From Acidimicrobiaceae bacterium (GTDB lineage: Bacteria > Actinomycetota > Acidimicrobiia > Acidimicrobiales > Aldehydirespiratoraceae), in the NCBI GenBank assembly GCA_002729125.1, contig PBTQ01000008.1, forward strand, positions 24 to 64,023: a stretch of 64,000 bases of DNA. The letters are read 5' to 3'. The first letter of the stretch is position 1. The number at the start of each line of letters is the position of its first letter. Below are positions 45,771-55,285 of this stretch, piece after piece. The notes below the pieces were generated by a model. That model searched no databases, was not told where the DNA came from, and worked only from the letters and a program-made list of their open reading frames with translations. The position numbers and the translations under genes are program-made.

Positions 45771-46511
45771 ATGCGTGTCGATCTGCCCGTGCCGTCCAGC
45801 GCGCTTGCGGTTGGCGCCCATCCCGACGACATCGAGTTCGAGTGCGGCAGCACACTTGCGAAGTGGGGCGCCGCCGGCGCTGCTATCCATCTTCTGATCT
45901 GCACCGACGGGTCCAAAGGGACGTGGGACGTGGATGCCGACACCGCCGTCCTCATCGCACGCCGGCAGGCCGAACAACGAGAGGCCGCCCGCCGTATCCA
46001 CCCCGACGCCCGGGTCCACTTCCTCGGCGAAGTCGACGGCGAACTCGCCAACACGGTCGAGCTTCGAGGCCGCGTTGCCCGCGTGATCCGCGAGACCACC
46101 CCCGACATCGTGCTCGGCCACGACCCCTGGCGCCGGTGGCGCATGCACCCCGACCACCGCAACGCCGGTTTCTTGACCGTCGACGCCGTCGTTGCCGCCC
46201 GTGATCCGCAATACCACCGTGAGCACATGGCCGACGGCCTCATCCACCACCGCCCCCGAGCGCTTCTCCTGTTCGAGTGTGAAGAGCCCGACCATGTCGA
46301 GCGCATCGAGCAGCGACATGTTGTCGCCAAGGTGGATGCGTTGCTCGCCCACGAGAGTCAGTTCGAGACGACGATGGTGATCGCCGACGACGACGATGGC
46401 ACCCAGGCAGGCGCGTTCCGTGAGCGAACCGTGCGCGAGGCCCGCAACCATGGGCGAATCGGTGGTGTGGGACTCGGCGAGGCATTCCGCCTTATGGACC
46501 CGGCATCCTGA
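45771..46511 (+). CDS. PIG-L/LmbE family deacetylase
   Basis: AVGAHPDDIEFECGSTLAKW (AHPDD motif), HPDHR, and 246 aa length. Confidence 0.8.
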   Translation: MRVDLPVPSSALAVGAHPDDIEFECGSTLAKWGAAGAAIHLLICTDGSKGTWDVDADTAVLIARRQAEQREAARRIHPDARVHFLGEVDGELANTVELRGRVARVIRETTPDIVLGHDPWRRWRMHPDHRNAGFLTVDAVVAARDPQYHREHMADGLIHHRPRALLLFECEEPDHVERIEQRHVVAKVDALLAHESQFETTMVIADDDDGTQAGAFRERTVREARNHGRIGGVGLGEAFRLMDPAS

Positions 46512-46606
46512 GCCGGTCGGTCGTGCACGGAACGCAGTGAAACGCTCCGCCGGTACGGTACGGGTCCGGCAGCATTCCGCAACACGCGGGTGCACGTCGA
46601 GGTTGT

Positions 46607-47068
46607 TTGACGCTCGGCGATCCGGTCGACCATAGAGAGGTGTCTGTCACACTTGTCCACGCTGCGGCGACCTGGTTTCTCGTCGGACTGATCTGGATCA
46701 TCCAAGTCGTCCACTATCCACTGTTCGCCCGGGTCGGCGAGGACGGCTTCGTTGCGTACGAGGCGGCCCACACCCGTCTCATCTCCCTCGTCGTCGGTCC
46801 GGCGATGCTCGTCGAAGGCATCGCCACCCTGTGGCTCTTCCTTGCCCCGCCCGGCGGGCTGACACGCACCCTGCCCCTCATCGCCGGACTGGTGCTCGCG
46901 GCCGTACACCTGTCGACCATCACCCTCCAAGTGCCCGCCCACGGACGCCTCGAACGCGGATGGGATCCCATCGTCGCCGCCCGACTCGTGCGTACGAACT
47001 GGGCCCGCACCATCGGCTGGACCATCCGAGGGGTACTCGCTCTATTCATGATCGAGGCCGTCGCGTGA
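46607..47068 (+). CDS. hypothetical integral membrane protein (4 TM; DUF1772-like?)
   Basis: ~150 aa with four hydrophobic helices. Its stop overlaps the GTG start of the photolyase-family gene (GTGA). The start is uncertain. Confidence 0.5.
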   Translation: MTLGDPVDHREVSVTLVHAAATWFLVGLIWIIQVVHYPLFARVGEDGFVAYEAAHTRLISLVVGPAMLVEGIATLWLFLAPPGGLTRTLPLIAGLVLAAVHLSTITLQVPAHGRLERGWDPIVAARLVRTNWARTIGWTIRGVLALFMIEAVA

Positions 47069-48576
47069 CCGACGCTCGCCCCACGGTCTGGGTCCTCGGT
47101 GACCAGCTGCGTCGAACCGCGGGCGTGCTCGCCGACCACACCCCCGGCACCTGTCGAGTCCTGCTCGTCGAGAGCGACTCGATTCTCGGCCGCCACCAGT
47201 GGCACCGTCAGCGGGCCCACATGGTGATCTCCGCGATGCGGCACTTCGCCACCGAACTCGAAGCGGAGGGTTTCGACGTCGACCACCGGCAGGCACCGAC
47301 GCTCGCTGCGGGGCTGCGAGCCCACAGTGACGAATTCAGGGTCGAACGGGTACTCGCAACCTCGCCGTCGAGCCACGACGCCGTCACCCGACTCGAAGCG
47401 CTCGGTGTCGAACTCTCGACCAACACGTTCTTCATCACCGACTACCGCAAGTTCGGCGAGTGGGCCGATGGCCGGAAACGCATCCGGATGGAGGACTTCT
47501 ACCGCCGGCAGCGCATCGAACTCGACGTCTTGATGGACGGCGACGAACCCGCCGGCGGGACATGGAACTTCGACCACGAGAACCGCGAGCCGCCACCCAA
47601 GGACGGGCGGGCGTGGCCAACGCTCGAACTTTTCCCGCTCGACGCCATCGACTGCGACGTGATGACCGAGCTGGAAGTGAATGACGACATCGCACTCTGG
47701 GGGGCCGCTCCCGACGGCCGCTGGCCGGTCACCCGGGCACAGGCGCTCGAACGACTGCAGCGCTTCGTCGACGAAGGACTGCCGGGCTTCGGTGCCCACG
47801 AGGATGCCATGCTCGCCGCCGAATGGAAGCTCGCCCACAGTGTGCTCAGCAGCGCCATGAACATCGGACTGCTCGACCCGATGGAGGTGGTCCGGGCGGC
47901 CGAGGTCGCGTATCGAGAGGGCCGGGCCCCGATCAACAGTGTCGAGGGCTTCATTCGCCAGGTGATGGGCTGGCGGGAGTACGTCTGGGGTCTCTACTGG
48001 TTCTTCGGACCCGAATACCGCGCCGAGAACCAACTAGAAGCCCACCGCCCAGTGCCACCATCGTTCACCGGCGATGCCCCCACCGAGATGGCGTGCGTGT
48101 CGTCGGTCGTGCAGGGCATCCACGATCGGGCCTATGCCCATCACATCGAACGGCTGATGGTGATCGGCAACTTCTCACTGCTCACCGGTGTCGATCCCTG
48201 GGCTCTCACGGAGTGGATGTGGGCAAACTTCATCGACGGCGCCGAATGGGTGATGCTGCCCAATGTGATCGGAATGGCGTTGCACGCCGACGGTGGACGT
48301 ATGGCCACCAAGCCCTATGCGGCCGGCGGGGCGTACATCAACAAGATGAGCGACCACTGCAAGGGCTGCCGGTTCAACCCGAAGAAGCGCACGGGGGATG
48401 ACGCCTGCCCATTCACCTCGCTCTACTGGGACTTCCTCGCCCGCAATGAGCACCAGCTGAAGGGAAACGCCCGGCTGGGCCAGCAGCTCGCCGGCATGCG
48501 CCGACTCGCCGACCTCGAGGCGACTCGCGAGCGGGCGGCCGAGGTACTGGTCGGCCTGGATTGCGGCGAGCTCTGA
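47065..48576 (+). CDS. FeS-BCP type cryptochrome/photolyase family protein (PhrB/CryB-like, probable (6-4) photolyase)
   Basis: GTG at 47065 within ORF 46831..48576. Features match the deoxyribodipyrimidine photolyase-related family (WVLGDQL, RMEDFYRRQR, NFDHENR). The C-terminal Cys triad CKGC-X12-C (MSDHCKGCRFNPKKRTGDDACPF) matches the C-X2-C-X12-C part of the [4Fe-4S] ligand set. Confidence 0.85.
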   Translation: MTDARPTVWVLGDQLRRTAGVLADHTPGTCRVLLVESDSILGRHQWHRQRAHMVISAMRHFATELEAEGFDVDHRQAPTLAAGLRAHSDEFRVERVLATSPSSHDAVTRLEALGVELSTNTFFITDYRKFGEWADGRKRIRMEDFYRRQRIELDVLMDGDEPAGGTWNFDHENREPPPKDGRAWPTLELFPLDAIDCDVMTELEVNDDIALWGAAPDGRWPVTRAQALERLQRFVDEGLPGFGAHEDAMLAAEWKLAHSVLSSAMNIGLLDPMEVVRAAEVAYREGRAPINSVEGFIRQVMGWREYVWGLYWFFGPEYRAENQLEAHRPVPPSFTGDAPTEMACVSSVVQGIHDRAYAHHIERLMVIGNFSLLTGVDPWALTEWMWANFIDGAEWVMLPNVIGMALHADGGRMATKPYAAGGAYINKMSDHCKGCRFNPKKRTGDDACPFTSLYWDFLARNEHQLKGNARLGQQLAGMRRLADLEATRERAAEVLVGLDCGEL

Positions 48577-48630
48577 TTCGCCCGCCGACACTCGACTGTG
48601 GCCGAGGGCCTACGGCCCGTCGGCACCGGA

Positions 48631-49728
48631 TCAGTCCGATCGGGTCGGGAAATCGATGTAGCCCTGCGGGCCGGGGTCGTAGATGTGGTCGGCGCGGGTG
48701 GACACCAACTCGTACCCGCCGGCGATGCGATCGACGAGGTCCGGGTTGGTGATGAAACGCCGTCCGAACGCAACGGCGTCACTGCGTCCCTCGGCGAGGG
48801 CCTGGTTCGCCTCAGCCGGCTCGTAGCTGTCGTTGATGATCAGCGGACCCGAGAACCCCTGCCGACACAGTGCCTCGTTGTCGACCGGCCCTGTCGGCAG
48901 ACGGATGGTGTGGCAGTACGCAAGCCCGAGCGGATCAAGCGCAGCCAGCAGGGCGCGGAATGTCTCCTCCGGATCGTCGTCGTGGAGATCGTTGTAGGGG
49001 TTGCCGGGACAGATCCGAAAGCCGATGCGGTCTGCGCCGTCGACGTCCGCCATTGCGCTCGCCACCTCAACGAAGAAGCGGATCCGGCCGGCGACCGACC
49101 CACCCCAGTCGTCGTTGCGATGGTTGGTGCCGGTCGACAGGAACTGGGCCGGCAGGTAGCCGCTGGTGCCGTGAAGTTCGACACCATCGAAACCGGCCTC
49201 GAACGCGAGTTCCGTGCTGCGCACATAGTCCGCGATCACGGCGGCGATCTCGTCGGCGTCGAGCGCCCGAGGGGGGTCACAGGGCTGCATGGTGCCGCCC
49301 TCGACGTCGGTGTACATCCGCTGACGAGCAGCGACAGCCGAGGGCGCGATTGTCTCGGCGCCGACCGCCTTGTTGGCCGCCACTGCGACGCGGCCGACGT
49401 GCATCATCTGCATCACGATCGTGCCGCCCTCGGCATGAACCGCCTTGGTGACCCGTCGCCACCCGGCGGCGTGGTCGCTGCTCACCAGCCCCGGCGTCCG
49501 GCAATAGCCCTTGCCGTCCTCGGACGGATACACGCCCTCGGTGATGATCATCCCGGCGCCGGCTCGCTGACGGTAGTACTCGACCATGATGTCGGTGACC
49601 GTTCCGTCGGGGGTCGCTCGTGAGCGGGTCATCGGCGCCATCACGACGCGATTTCGGAGTTCGATCCGGCCGAACCGGGCCGGAGTCATGAGGTTGACGA
49701 ATCGGGTGTCGCTGTCGGTGGAGCTCAT
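48631..49728 (-). CDS. NADH:flavin oxidoreductase, Old Yellow Enzyme family
   Basis: ATG at 49728 (MSSTDSDTRFVNLMTPARFGRIELRNRVVMAPMTRSRA...), with HGTSGYLPAQFL. It shares an ATGA overlap with the upstream hydrolase gene. Confidence 0.88.
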   Translation of the reverse strand: MSSTDSDTRFVNLMTPARFGRIELRNRVVMAPMTRSRATPDGTVTDIMVEYYRQRAGAGMIITEGVYPSEDGKGYCRTPGLVSSDHAAGWRRVTKAVHAEGGTIVMQMMHVGRVAVAANKAVGAETIAPSAVAARQRMYTDVEGGTMQPCDPPRALDADEIAAVIADYVRSTELAFEAGFDGVELHGTSGYLPAQFLSTGTNHRNDDWGGSVAGRIRFFVEVASAMADVDGADRIGFRICPGNPYNDLHDDDPEETFRALLAALDPLGLAYCHTIRLPTGPVDNEALCRQGFSGPLIINDSYEPAEANQALAEGRSDAVAFGRRFITNPDLVDRIAGGYELVSTRADHIYDPGPQGYIDFPTRSD

Positions 49729-50618
49729 CGGGCCATCAGCGCCTCGATCAGAGCCGCCATCTCGAGCGGTTTGTCTCCTTGGATCGAGTGCCCGGCACCG
49801 TCGACCACGATGTGAACCGTGTCGTGTCGGCGACGCATCCACTCGGCGACGTCTTCGTCGTCGATCACACTCCACTTCCCGCCCTGCCACAGGGTGATCG
49901 GGACCTGGACGAGGTCGACCTTGCCCCACAGGTCGTCGAACGACGGCGCTGCATCGCCGCCGACCTTCCAGTCGCGCATGCGGTCGTACCGCCAGGTCCA
50001 GCTGCCGTCGGGAAGCGGCTTGGCGTTGTGGAGGATCCCTCGACGCAGGCTCGACTCGCTCCGCCCCGGGTTGAACTCGATCGTGCGATCGAGCATCGCC
50101 TGGAACGACTCGAACGCTTCGGGGCCATCGACGAACGTGATGATCGGCTCGGCCTTGGCGTGGTCGGTTCCTGGGGTGACATCGACGACGCCGAGGCGGC
50201 GAACGAGGTGGGGGTGATCCGCAGCCAGACAGATCACGGTCATCCCGCCGAGCGACATGCCAACGACCGCCTCGGCGGCCGGTGCCAGGCGCTCGATCGC
50301 TACGGCGAGGTCGGCCGCCATCGAGGTCGGTGTGTAGTCGTGGGCTGGTCGATGGTCGCTGTGGCCGTGTCCGGGCAGGTCGATCGCCACGAGTGGGCGT
50401 CCGAGCGCCATGGCCACCGTGTCCCAGGTATGGGCGTTCTGGGCGCCACCGTGGACCAGCACCAGTTCGGGGTCGCCCTCACCCCACACCAGCGCCGAGA
50501 TGCTTAGGCCGGACGGCAACTCGATGCGTTCCCGTAGCACGGTCGGTGGCGCAGCGAACGGCAGGTCGTATTCGGCGGCGTTCTCGTGGAACAGCCCGAA
50601 CTCGTCGTAGTCGTGCAC
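49725..50618 (-). CDS. alpha/beta hydrolase
   Basis: 297 aa with LVLVHGGAQNAHTWD (HG oxyanion), the nucleophile elbow GMSLGG and a C-terminal GAGHS. Confidence 0.8.
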   Translation of the reverse strand: MHDYDEFGLFHENAAEYDLPFAAPPTVLRERIELPSGLSISALVWGEGDPELVLVHGGAQNAHTWDTVAMALGRPLVAIDLPGHGHSDHRPAHDYTPTSMAADLAVAIERLAPAAEAVVGMSLGGMTVICLAADHPHLVRRLGVVDVTPGTDHAKAEPIITFVDGPEAFESFQAMLDRTIEFNPGRSESSLRRGILHNAKPLPDGSWTWRYDRMRDWKVGGDAAPSFDDLWGKVDLVQVPITLWQGGKWSVIDDEDVAEWMRRRHDTVHIVVDGAGHSIQGDKPLEMAALIEALMAR

Positions 50619-50720
50619 GTCGGGACCCTAGAGCAGTCCCTGGCTCACGCTCACGTCGGTGGTCGAGCGTGTGCCACGGGAACCGTCGGCGGGTTCGTGA
50701 TCCGGCACCACCGGACCTTC

Positions 50721-51872
50721 TCAGTCGTAGGTCGGGGCGGCGAAGAACCCCTCGAGTCCGTAGGGCGCATACGGGCCGAGAATGTTCTGTTCGAGCACAC
50801 CGATACCGGTTCGCTCGACCCCGGCACCGTCGGTGTAGGTGGCTCGCACGAGGTGCTGACAATGTTGGTTCTCGTATGCCGTGTCGTCGACATCGTCGAG
50901 TGCCCACGACTCGCTCGCCATCGCGAGTTCGTCGTGCCATTTGCCGTGAACCCAGATGGGGTGGGTGTAGCCGATGCCCTTCATCCGGAACGTGAAGATC
51001 GGTTCGAGGCGGACCTCGTGGCGGGCGCCGTCAGCCACCGAGGTCATCGCGATCGTGGCGCCGGCGATCATGCGATTGCCGGACGCGAATGTCACCTCGT
51101 GTTCGAGATTGCGCATGTGCTCCACCGCCGGGTCCTCGACACCGGGGAGCTCATCGGGTGAGCCGTACACCGGGAGCCGGGCACCGACCTGGAAGAGCGG
51201 ACGACCGACGTTGTCGTCGAACAATTGGTAGTGCAGGCAGAGGTCGTCGAAGTTCAATGGCGCCCAGAGGAAGAAAATGCCGCCCATCTGCGAGGCCGCC
51301 GGCGCGCCCCGGGTGTCGCCACCGATGAGCGGCCGGACCCCCCACGAACGATCCTTGGTGCCGACGACCTCCGACGGGTCGAGTTCGATCCGGACATCGC
51401 CGAACTGGACCCATCCCGTCCATCGGCCGAGTTGGGTGAACCGGGTCGTGTCCATGATCTTGCGAAGACCTCGACCGAGATGATGACGGGGTTCCTCGAC
51501 ATTGCCGGTGCGCCCTTCCCACAGCAGGTCGCAGGTGAAGTCGGTGTCGTTTTCGGCCACGGTGATCCGGCACGAACGCATCGGTTCGATGATCTCGAGG
51601 GAGTACGGCCCGATGGTGAGATCGCTCGGTTCGTCGCTCCGCCGTCCCGATACGTGGAACGCGTACTGCCGCCCCTCGTGGATAAACGACACATGGGCAT
51701 CCTTCACGCCCAAGTGCTGGTAGAGCGCTGTTCCGGCGCCGAGGTAGAAGGCGCCCGAGGTCGAGTAGCCGTTGAACCAGTACCGCTCGTAGACGTCCTT
51801 GTCACTCGTCGCCGGTTGGGCAACGGGGTCGGGGGTCTGGTGGATCGGGTAGTCGTCGAACCTCGAGAGCAT
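50721..51872 (-). CDS. conserved hypothetical protein (383 aa)
   Basis: ATG at 51872 (MLSRFDDYPIHQTPDP...YERYWFNGY...KDRSWGVRP...). It recalls a hypothetical family seen in mycobacteria, but I cannot name a function. Confidence 0.6.
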   Translation of the reverse strand: MLSRFDDYPIHQTPDPVAQPATSDKDVYERYWFNGYSTSGAFYLGAGTALYQHLGVKDAHVSFIHEGRQYAFHVSGRRSDEPSDLTIGPYSLEIIEPMRSCRITVAENDTDFTCDLLWEGRTGNVEEPRHHLGRGLRKIMDTTRFTQLGRWTGWVQFGDVRIELDPSEVVGTKDRSWGVRPLIGGDTRGAPAASQMGGIFFLWAPLNFDDLCLHYQLFDDNVGRPLFQVGARLPVYGSPDELPGVEDPAVEHMRNLEHEVTFASGNRMIAGATIAMTSVADGARHEVRLEPIFTFRMKGIGYTHPIWVHGKWHDELAMASESWALDDVDDTAYENQHCQHLVRATYTDGAGVERTGIGVLEQNILGPYAPYGLEGFFAAPTYD

Positions 51873-51889
51873 GTCTCGCAGTGTGGCGG

Positions 51890-52759
51890 TTAGGCGGCGC
51901 CGCGTCGATTCCGTCGGCCTCGTCCCCGCCGAGACGCACCGGGAACGGGCTCCCATCGGAAGCGTCTTGCGGCGACAAGCGCACCGACGAGGGTCCAGGC
52001 GATCAGGACGAGCAGGCGGTCCCACTCGAAGACAGGGGCATCGCTGAACGGCGACATCGCTTCGGTGAAGGCGACCGCGAACGGCTTCAGCGGGAAGATG
52101 TCGCCGATCAGGTTCAGCCACGACGGCGGATCATCGAGGGGGAAGTAGATGTTCGAGAGGAACGCCAGTGGGAGGATCGTGGCGTTCGCGATCGCGGGGG
52201 CCGCTGACGCGGTCTTCGAGACGGCTACGAGGGCGACGCCGAGAGTTGCGAAGCAGGCCGTACCGGCGAGGAAGGCGACGATCATCGCTGGCAGTTGGGC
52301 AAGCTGGACGTCGACGCCGTAAGCGACGATGCCGATCCCCACCATCAGGGTCGTGGCGAAGGCCGCAATCCACATTCCGGACACGATCGCGCCGGCGAGG
52401 AACACCCAAGGCGGGATCGGCGTGCCCCGGACCCGCTTCAGCACACCGTCGTCTCGGCGCATGGTCAGGTTGATCGCCAGGTTCGTGTAGGTGGCTGACG
52501 CCGCCGCGAACACCCCGAGGCTCGCCGCATAGAACTGGGCGGTGGTGAACTCGCCGTAGCTCGTGCCGGTCGGATCGTTGCCGAAGATGGCGACGAAGAT
52601 CACCAACATGACGAGCGGCAGCCCGATCGTGAAGAACGCACCGATCGGGGTTCGCCAGAACAGACGATTCTCGGCCCGGACCGAACGCACGAGCAACTGC
52701 AAGTCACGCCGGAACGGGGACCGCCGGTCGGGTGCGAGAGTGGCGCTGGCGTCGCTCAT
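51890..52759 (-). CDS. ABC-2 type exporter permease
   Basis: ATG at 52759 (alternative 52789). Six TM helices and an ABC-2 layout (RLFWRTPIGAFFTIGLPLVML...). Confidence 0.8.
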   Translation of the reverse strand: MSDASATLAPDRRSPFRRDLQLLVRSVRAENRLFWRTPIGAFFTIGLPLVMLVIFVAIFGNDPTGTSYGEFTTAQFYAASLGVFAAASATYTNLAINLTMRRDDGVLKRVRGTPIPPWVFLAGAIVSGMWIAAFATTLMVGIGIVAYGVDVQLAQLPAMIVAFLAGTACFATLGVALVAVSKTASAAPAIANATILPLAFLSNIYFPLDDPPSWLNLIGDIFPLKPFAVAFTEAMSPFSDAPVFEWDRLLVLIAWTLVGALVAARRFRWEPVPGASRRGRGRRNRRGAA

Positions 52760-52768
52760 GGCCCCATC

Positions 52769-54268
52769 ATGGCGCCCCGGCAGGCTCATGACGACCAGGG
52801 CATCTACGCTTTGGGCGTGGCCGACCTACCCGACCCCCTCGGACCTCCCGGCGTGCGACACGACGTCGTCATCGCCGCCAACCGACTCCCCGTGCGCCTC
52901 GACGGCGACGGCGGCTGGGCGCTGAGCCCCGGCGGGCTCGTCACGGCGATGACCGCCGTGATGGAGGGCCGCGATGCGGTCTGGATCGGCTGGGACGGCG
53001 GTCTGGGCGATGCTGCCGACAGCGCACCGCCAGCCCGCTTCGGCGACATGGCGCTGCGGTCGGTGTCGCTCAGCGAGACCGACTACGCCGACTACTACGA
53101 AGGGTTCTCCAACGGCACCCTGTGGCCGCTCTATCACAACGGCCTTTTATCGACCCGCTTTCGTCGATCCTGGTGGGCTGCCTATCGACGGGTCAACGAG
53201 AAGTTCGCCAAGGTCGCGATCGAGACCACCGAACAGGACGGCACGCTCTGGATCCACGACTACCACCTGCAGTTGATGCCGGCGTTCGTCCGTGAGGCCC
53301 GGCCCGACATCCGCATCGGCCTCTTTCTCCACACGCCCTTCCCGCCCTCGCAGCTCCTGATGCGCTTGCCGTGGCGCGAAGCGATCACCGACGGCCTGCT
53401 CGCCACCGACGTCATCGGCTTCCAGACCCCGACCGACGCCCGCAACTTCCTCTCGCTCGCCCATCGCATGGGCCGCACCGAGGAGGTCATGCCGATCGAT
53501 CCTGTCACCGAGATCATCGTCGAGGGTCGTCGCGTCGCCGTCGGGTCGTTCCCGATCTCGGTCGACGTCGACCGCATCGACGAGATGGTCCGCGACCCGG
53601 CCGCCAGGGAGGCAGCCAACGCGTTCCGGGAATCGCTCGGCTCGCCCAAGCATCTGCTGCTCGGCGTCGACCGCCTCGACTACACCAAGGGCATCGACGC
53701 CCGACTCAAGGCCTTTGAGGAGCTGCTCCGCGACGGCACGCTCGACCCCGCCGAGGTCGCGTTCGTCCAGGTCGCCACGCCCAGCCGTGACGATGTGCGG
53801 GGCTACTCCAACACCCGCACCGAGATCGAACAGCTGGTCGGTTCGATCAACGGCAACTACGCCCAGCTCGGTAAGCCGGTGCTGCACTATCTGCACCAGA
53901 GCCTGCCCTTCGAGGATCTCGTTCATCTGTTCCTCGCCGCCGACGTCATGCTGGTGACCCCGTTTGAGGACGGCATGAACCTCGTCGCCAAGGAGTACAT
54001 CGCCTGTCGCACCGACGGCACCGGCGTTTTGGTGCTGTCGGAATTCGCCGGCACGGCGGTCGAGCTTCATCAGGCGTTGCTCTGCAACCCGTTCGATACC
54101 GCCGGGATGAAGCGGGTGATCGAGACGGCGCTCACGCTGCCGGTTGAGGAACAGCGACACCGTGTGCGGGCGATGCGCACCCACCTGTGGGCGAACACCG
54201 TGCACGACTGGGCCGAGGGGTTCTTCCGCCACCTCGACGATGTCCACCCTCGCGGCCAGCGGGGCTGA
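52769..54268 (+). CDS. otsA: alpha,alpha-trehalose-phosphate synthase (GT20)
   Basis: Blocks are [43 protein letters not shown] and [14 protein letters not shown]. The start is ATG 52769 or GTG 52817. Confidence 0.9.
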   Translation: MAPRQAHDDQGIYALGVADLPDPLGPPGVRHDVVIAANRLPVRLDGDGGWALSPGGLVTAMTAVMEGRDAVWIGWDGGLGDAADSAPPARFGDMALRSVSLSETDYADYYEGFSNGTLWPLYHNGLLSTRFRRSWWAAYRRVNEKFAKVAIETTEQDGTLWIHDYHLQLMPAFVREARPDIRIGLFLHTPFPPSQLLMRLPWREAITDGLLATDVIGFQTPTDARNFLSLAHRMGRTEEVMPIDPVTEIIVEGRRVAVGSFPISVDVDRIDEMVRDPAAREAANAFRESLGSPKHLLLGVDRLDYTKGIDARLKAFEELLRDGTLDPAEVAFVQVATPSRDDVRGYSNTRTEIEQLVGSINGNYAQLGKPVLHYLHQSLPFEDLVHLFLAADVMLVTPFEDGMNLVAKEYIACRTDGTGVLVLSEFAGTAVELHQALLCNPFDTAGMKRVIETALTLPVEEQRHRVRAMRTHLWANTVHDWAEGFFRHLDDVHPRGQRG

Positions 54269-54280
54269 GCGGTCCGACGG

Positions 54281-55192
54281 TCAGGAGTCGGTGCCGACGA
54301 GACGCAGGTAGACATCCTCCAAGGTGACGCTCTCGACCGACAGCCCGTCAAGTTCGATGCCGTGCTGGAGGGCCCATCCGGTGATGTGGGCGAGGTCGGC
54401 GGTCGGTTTCGTGGTGGAGATCTCGAGACGCCGATCACGCCCGGAGGCATCACCGTGGAGCGGGTCGAGAAGGCCGGCGAGCGAAGCGTCGATGCTGGGG
54501 AGTGCGAACCGGATGATGGTCGCCTCGCCGGCCTGGTCGCGCAATGACTCGGGCGTGCCCGCTGCGACGATTGTTCCCCCTGCCATCACGATGAGGTGAT
54601 CGGCGAGTTCCTCGGCCTCTTCGAGGTAGTGGGTGGTGAGCACGATGGTGGTGCCGTTGTCGGCGAGGTCGCGCACCAGTTCCCAGCTTCGCCGGCGAGC
54701 AGCAGGGTCGAAGCCGGTGGTCGGCTCGTCGAGGAAGAGGACATCGGGTGTGCCGATGACGCTGAGCGCGAGATCGACTCGTCGTTGCTGCCCACCAGAG
54801 AGACGGGAGATGCGTTCGTCGAGCTTGTCGGCGAGTTCGACCATCTCGATGACCTCGTCGATGCTCCGGCGACGGGTGTACGCGGTGCTGTAGAGATCGA
54901 GGGTCTCGCGAACGGTGAGTTCCTTGTCGACACCGGCCTCCTGCAGCACGATGCCGATGCGGTTGCGGAACGCTCGACCTCCCTCGGTGGGGTCGACCCC
55001 GAGGACGGAAACCCGTCCGCTGTCGCGACGACGATGTCCCTCGAGGATCTCGACCGTGGTGGACTTTCCAGCACCGTTGGGACCGAGGATGGCGAACACC
55101 TCCCCGGGCTCGACGGAAAAGGACACCCCATCGACGGCCCGAAGGTCGCCGTAAGACTTGGAGAGATCCTCAACCTCGATCGCCGTGGTCAC
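54281..55192 (-). CDS. ABC transporter ATP-binding protein (ABC-2/DrrA-like)
   Basis: GTG at 55192 (VTTAIEVEDLSKSYG...). Walker A GPNGAGKST, signature LSGGQQRR and Walker B LFLDEPTTGFD are present. The upstream part of ORF 54281..55681 is R-rich with no homology. Confidence 0.9.
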   Translation of the reverse strand: MTTAIEVEDLSKSYGDLRAVDGVSFSVEPGEVFAILGPNGAGKSTTVEILEGHRRRDSGRVSVLGVDPTEGGRAFRNRIGIVLQEAGVDKELTVRETLDLYSTAYTRRRSIDEVIEMVELADKLDERISRLSGGQQRRVDLALSVIGTPDVLFLDEPTTGFDPAARRRSWELVRDLADNGTTIVLTTHYLEEAEELADHLIVMAGGTIVAAGTPESLRDQAGEATIIRFALPSIDASLAGLLDPLHGDASGRDRRLEISTTKPTADLAHITGWALQHGIELDGLSVESVTLEDVYLRLVGTDS

Positions 55193-55285
55193 GGTCCCGA
55201 CGCTACCCGAGCAGCCGAAGACCGGTGCTGCGCAGAGCGCGTCGGTGCGTTCACATGCGCAACATGTCCGACTACGGTCCCGGCG

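Noticed and set aside
46640-46647. TGTCACAC upstream of the photolyase cluster as a third PafBC-type motif
   Set aside because: Only the 8-mer matches. No TAnnnT follows 8 nt downstream (the sequence is GCTGCG). The flanking GGGGG and CCCGGA parts of the 20-mer are absent, and it lies inside the membrane-protein ORF.
46714-48033. 439-aa minus-strand ORF
   Set aside because: Antisense shadow of the FeS-BCP photolyase-family gene.
48599-48627. Imperfect hairpin between the convergent photolyase and OYE genes as a bidirectional terminator
   Set aside because: The stem contains a bulge and there is no U-tract on either strand. It is plausible but not supportable from sequence alone.
53147-55285. 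Minus ORF 53147..54247 and the 5' two-thirds of plus ORF 54596..55876
   Set aside because: They are antisense shadows of otsA and of the ABC ATPase respectively. Only the 3' part of the plus ORF (from ATG 55286) has a cupin signature.
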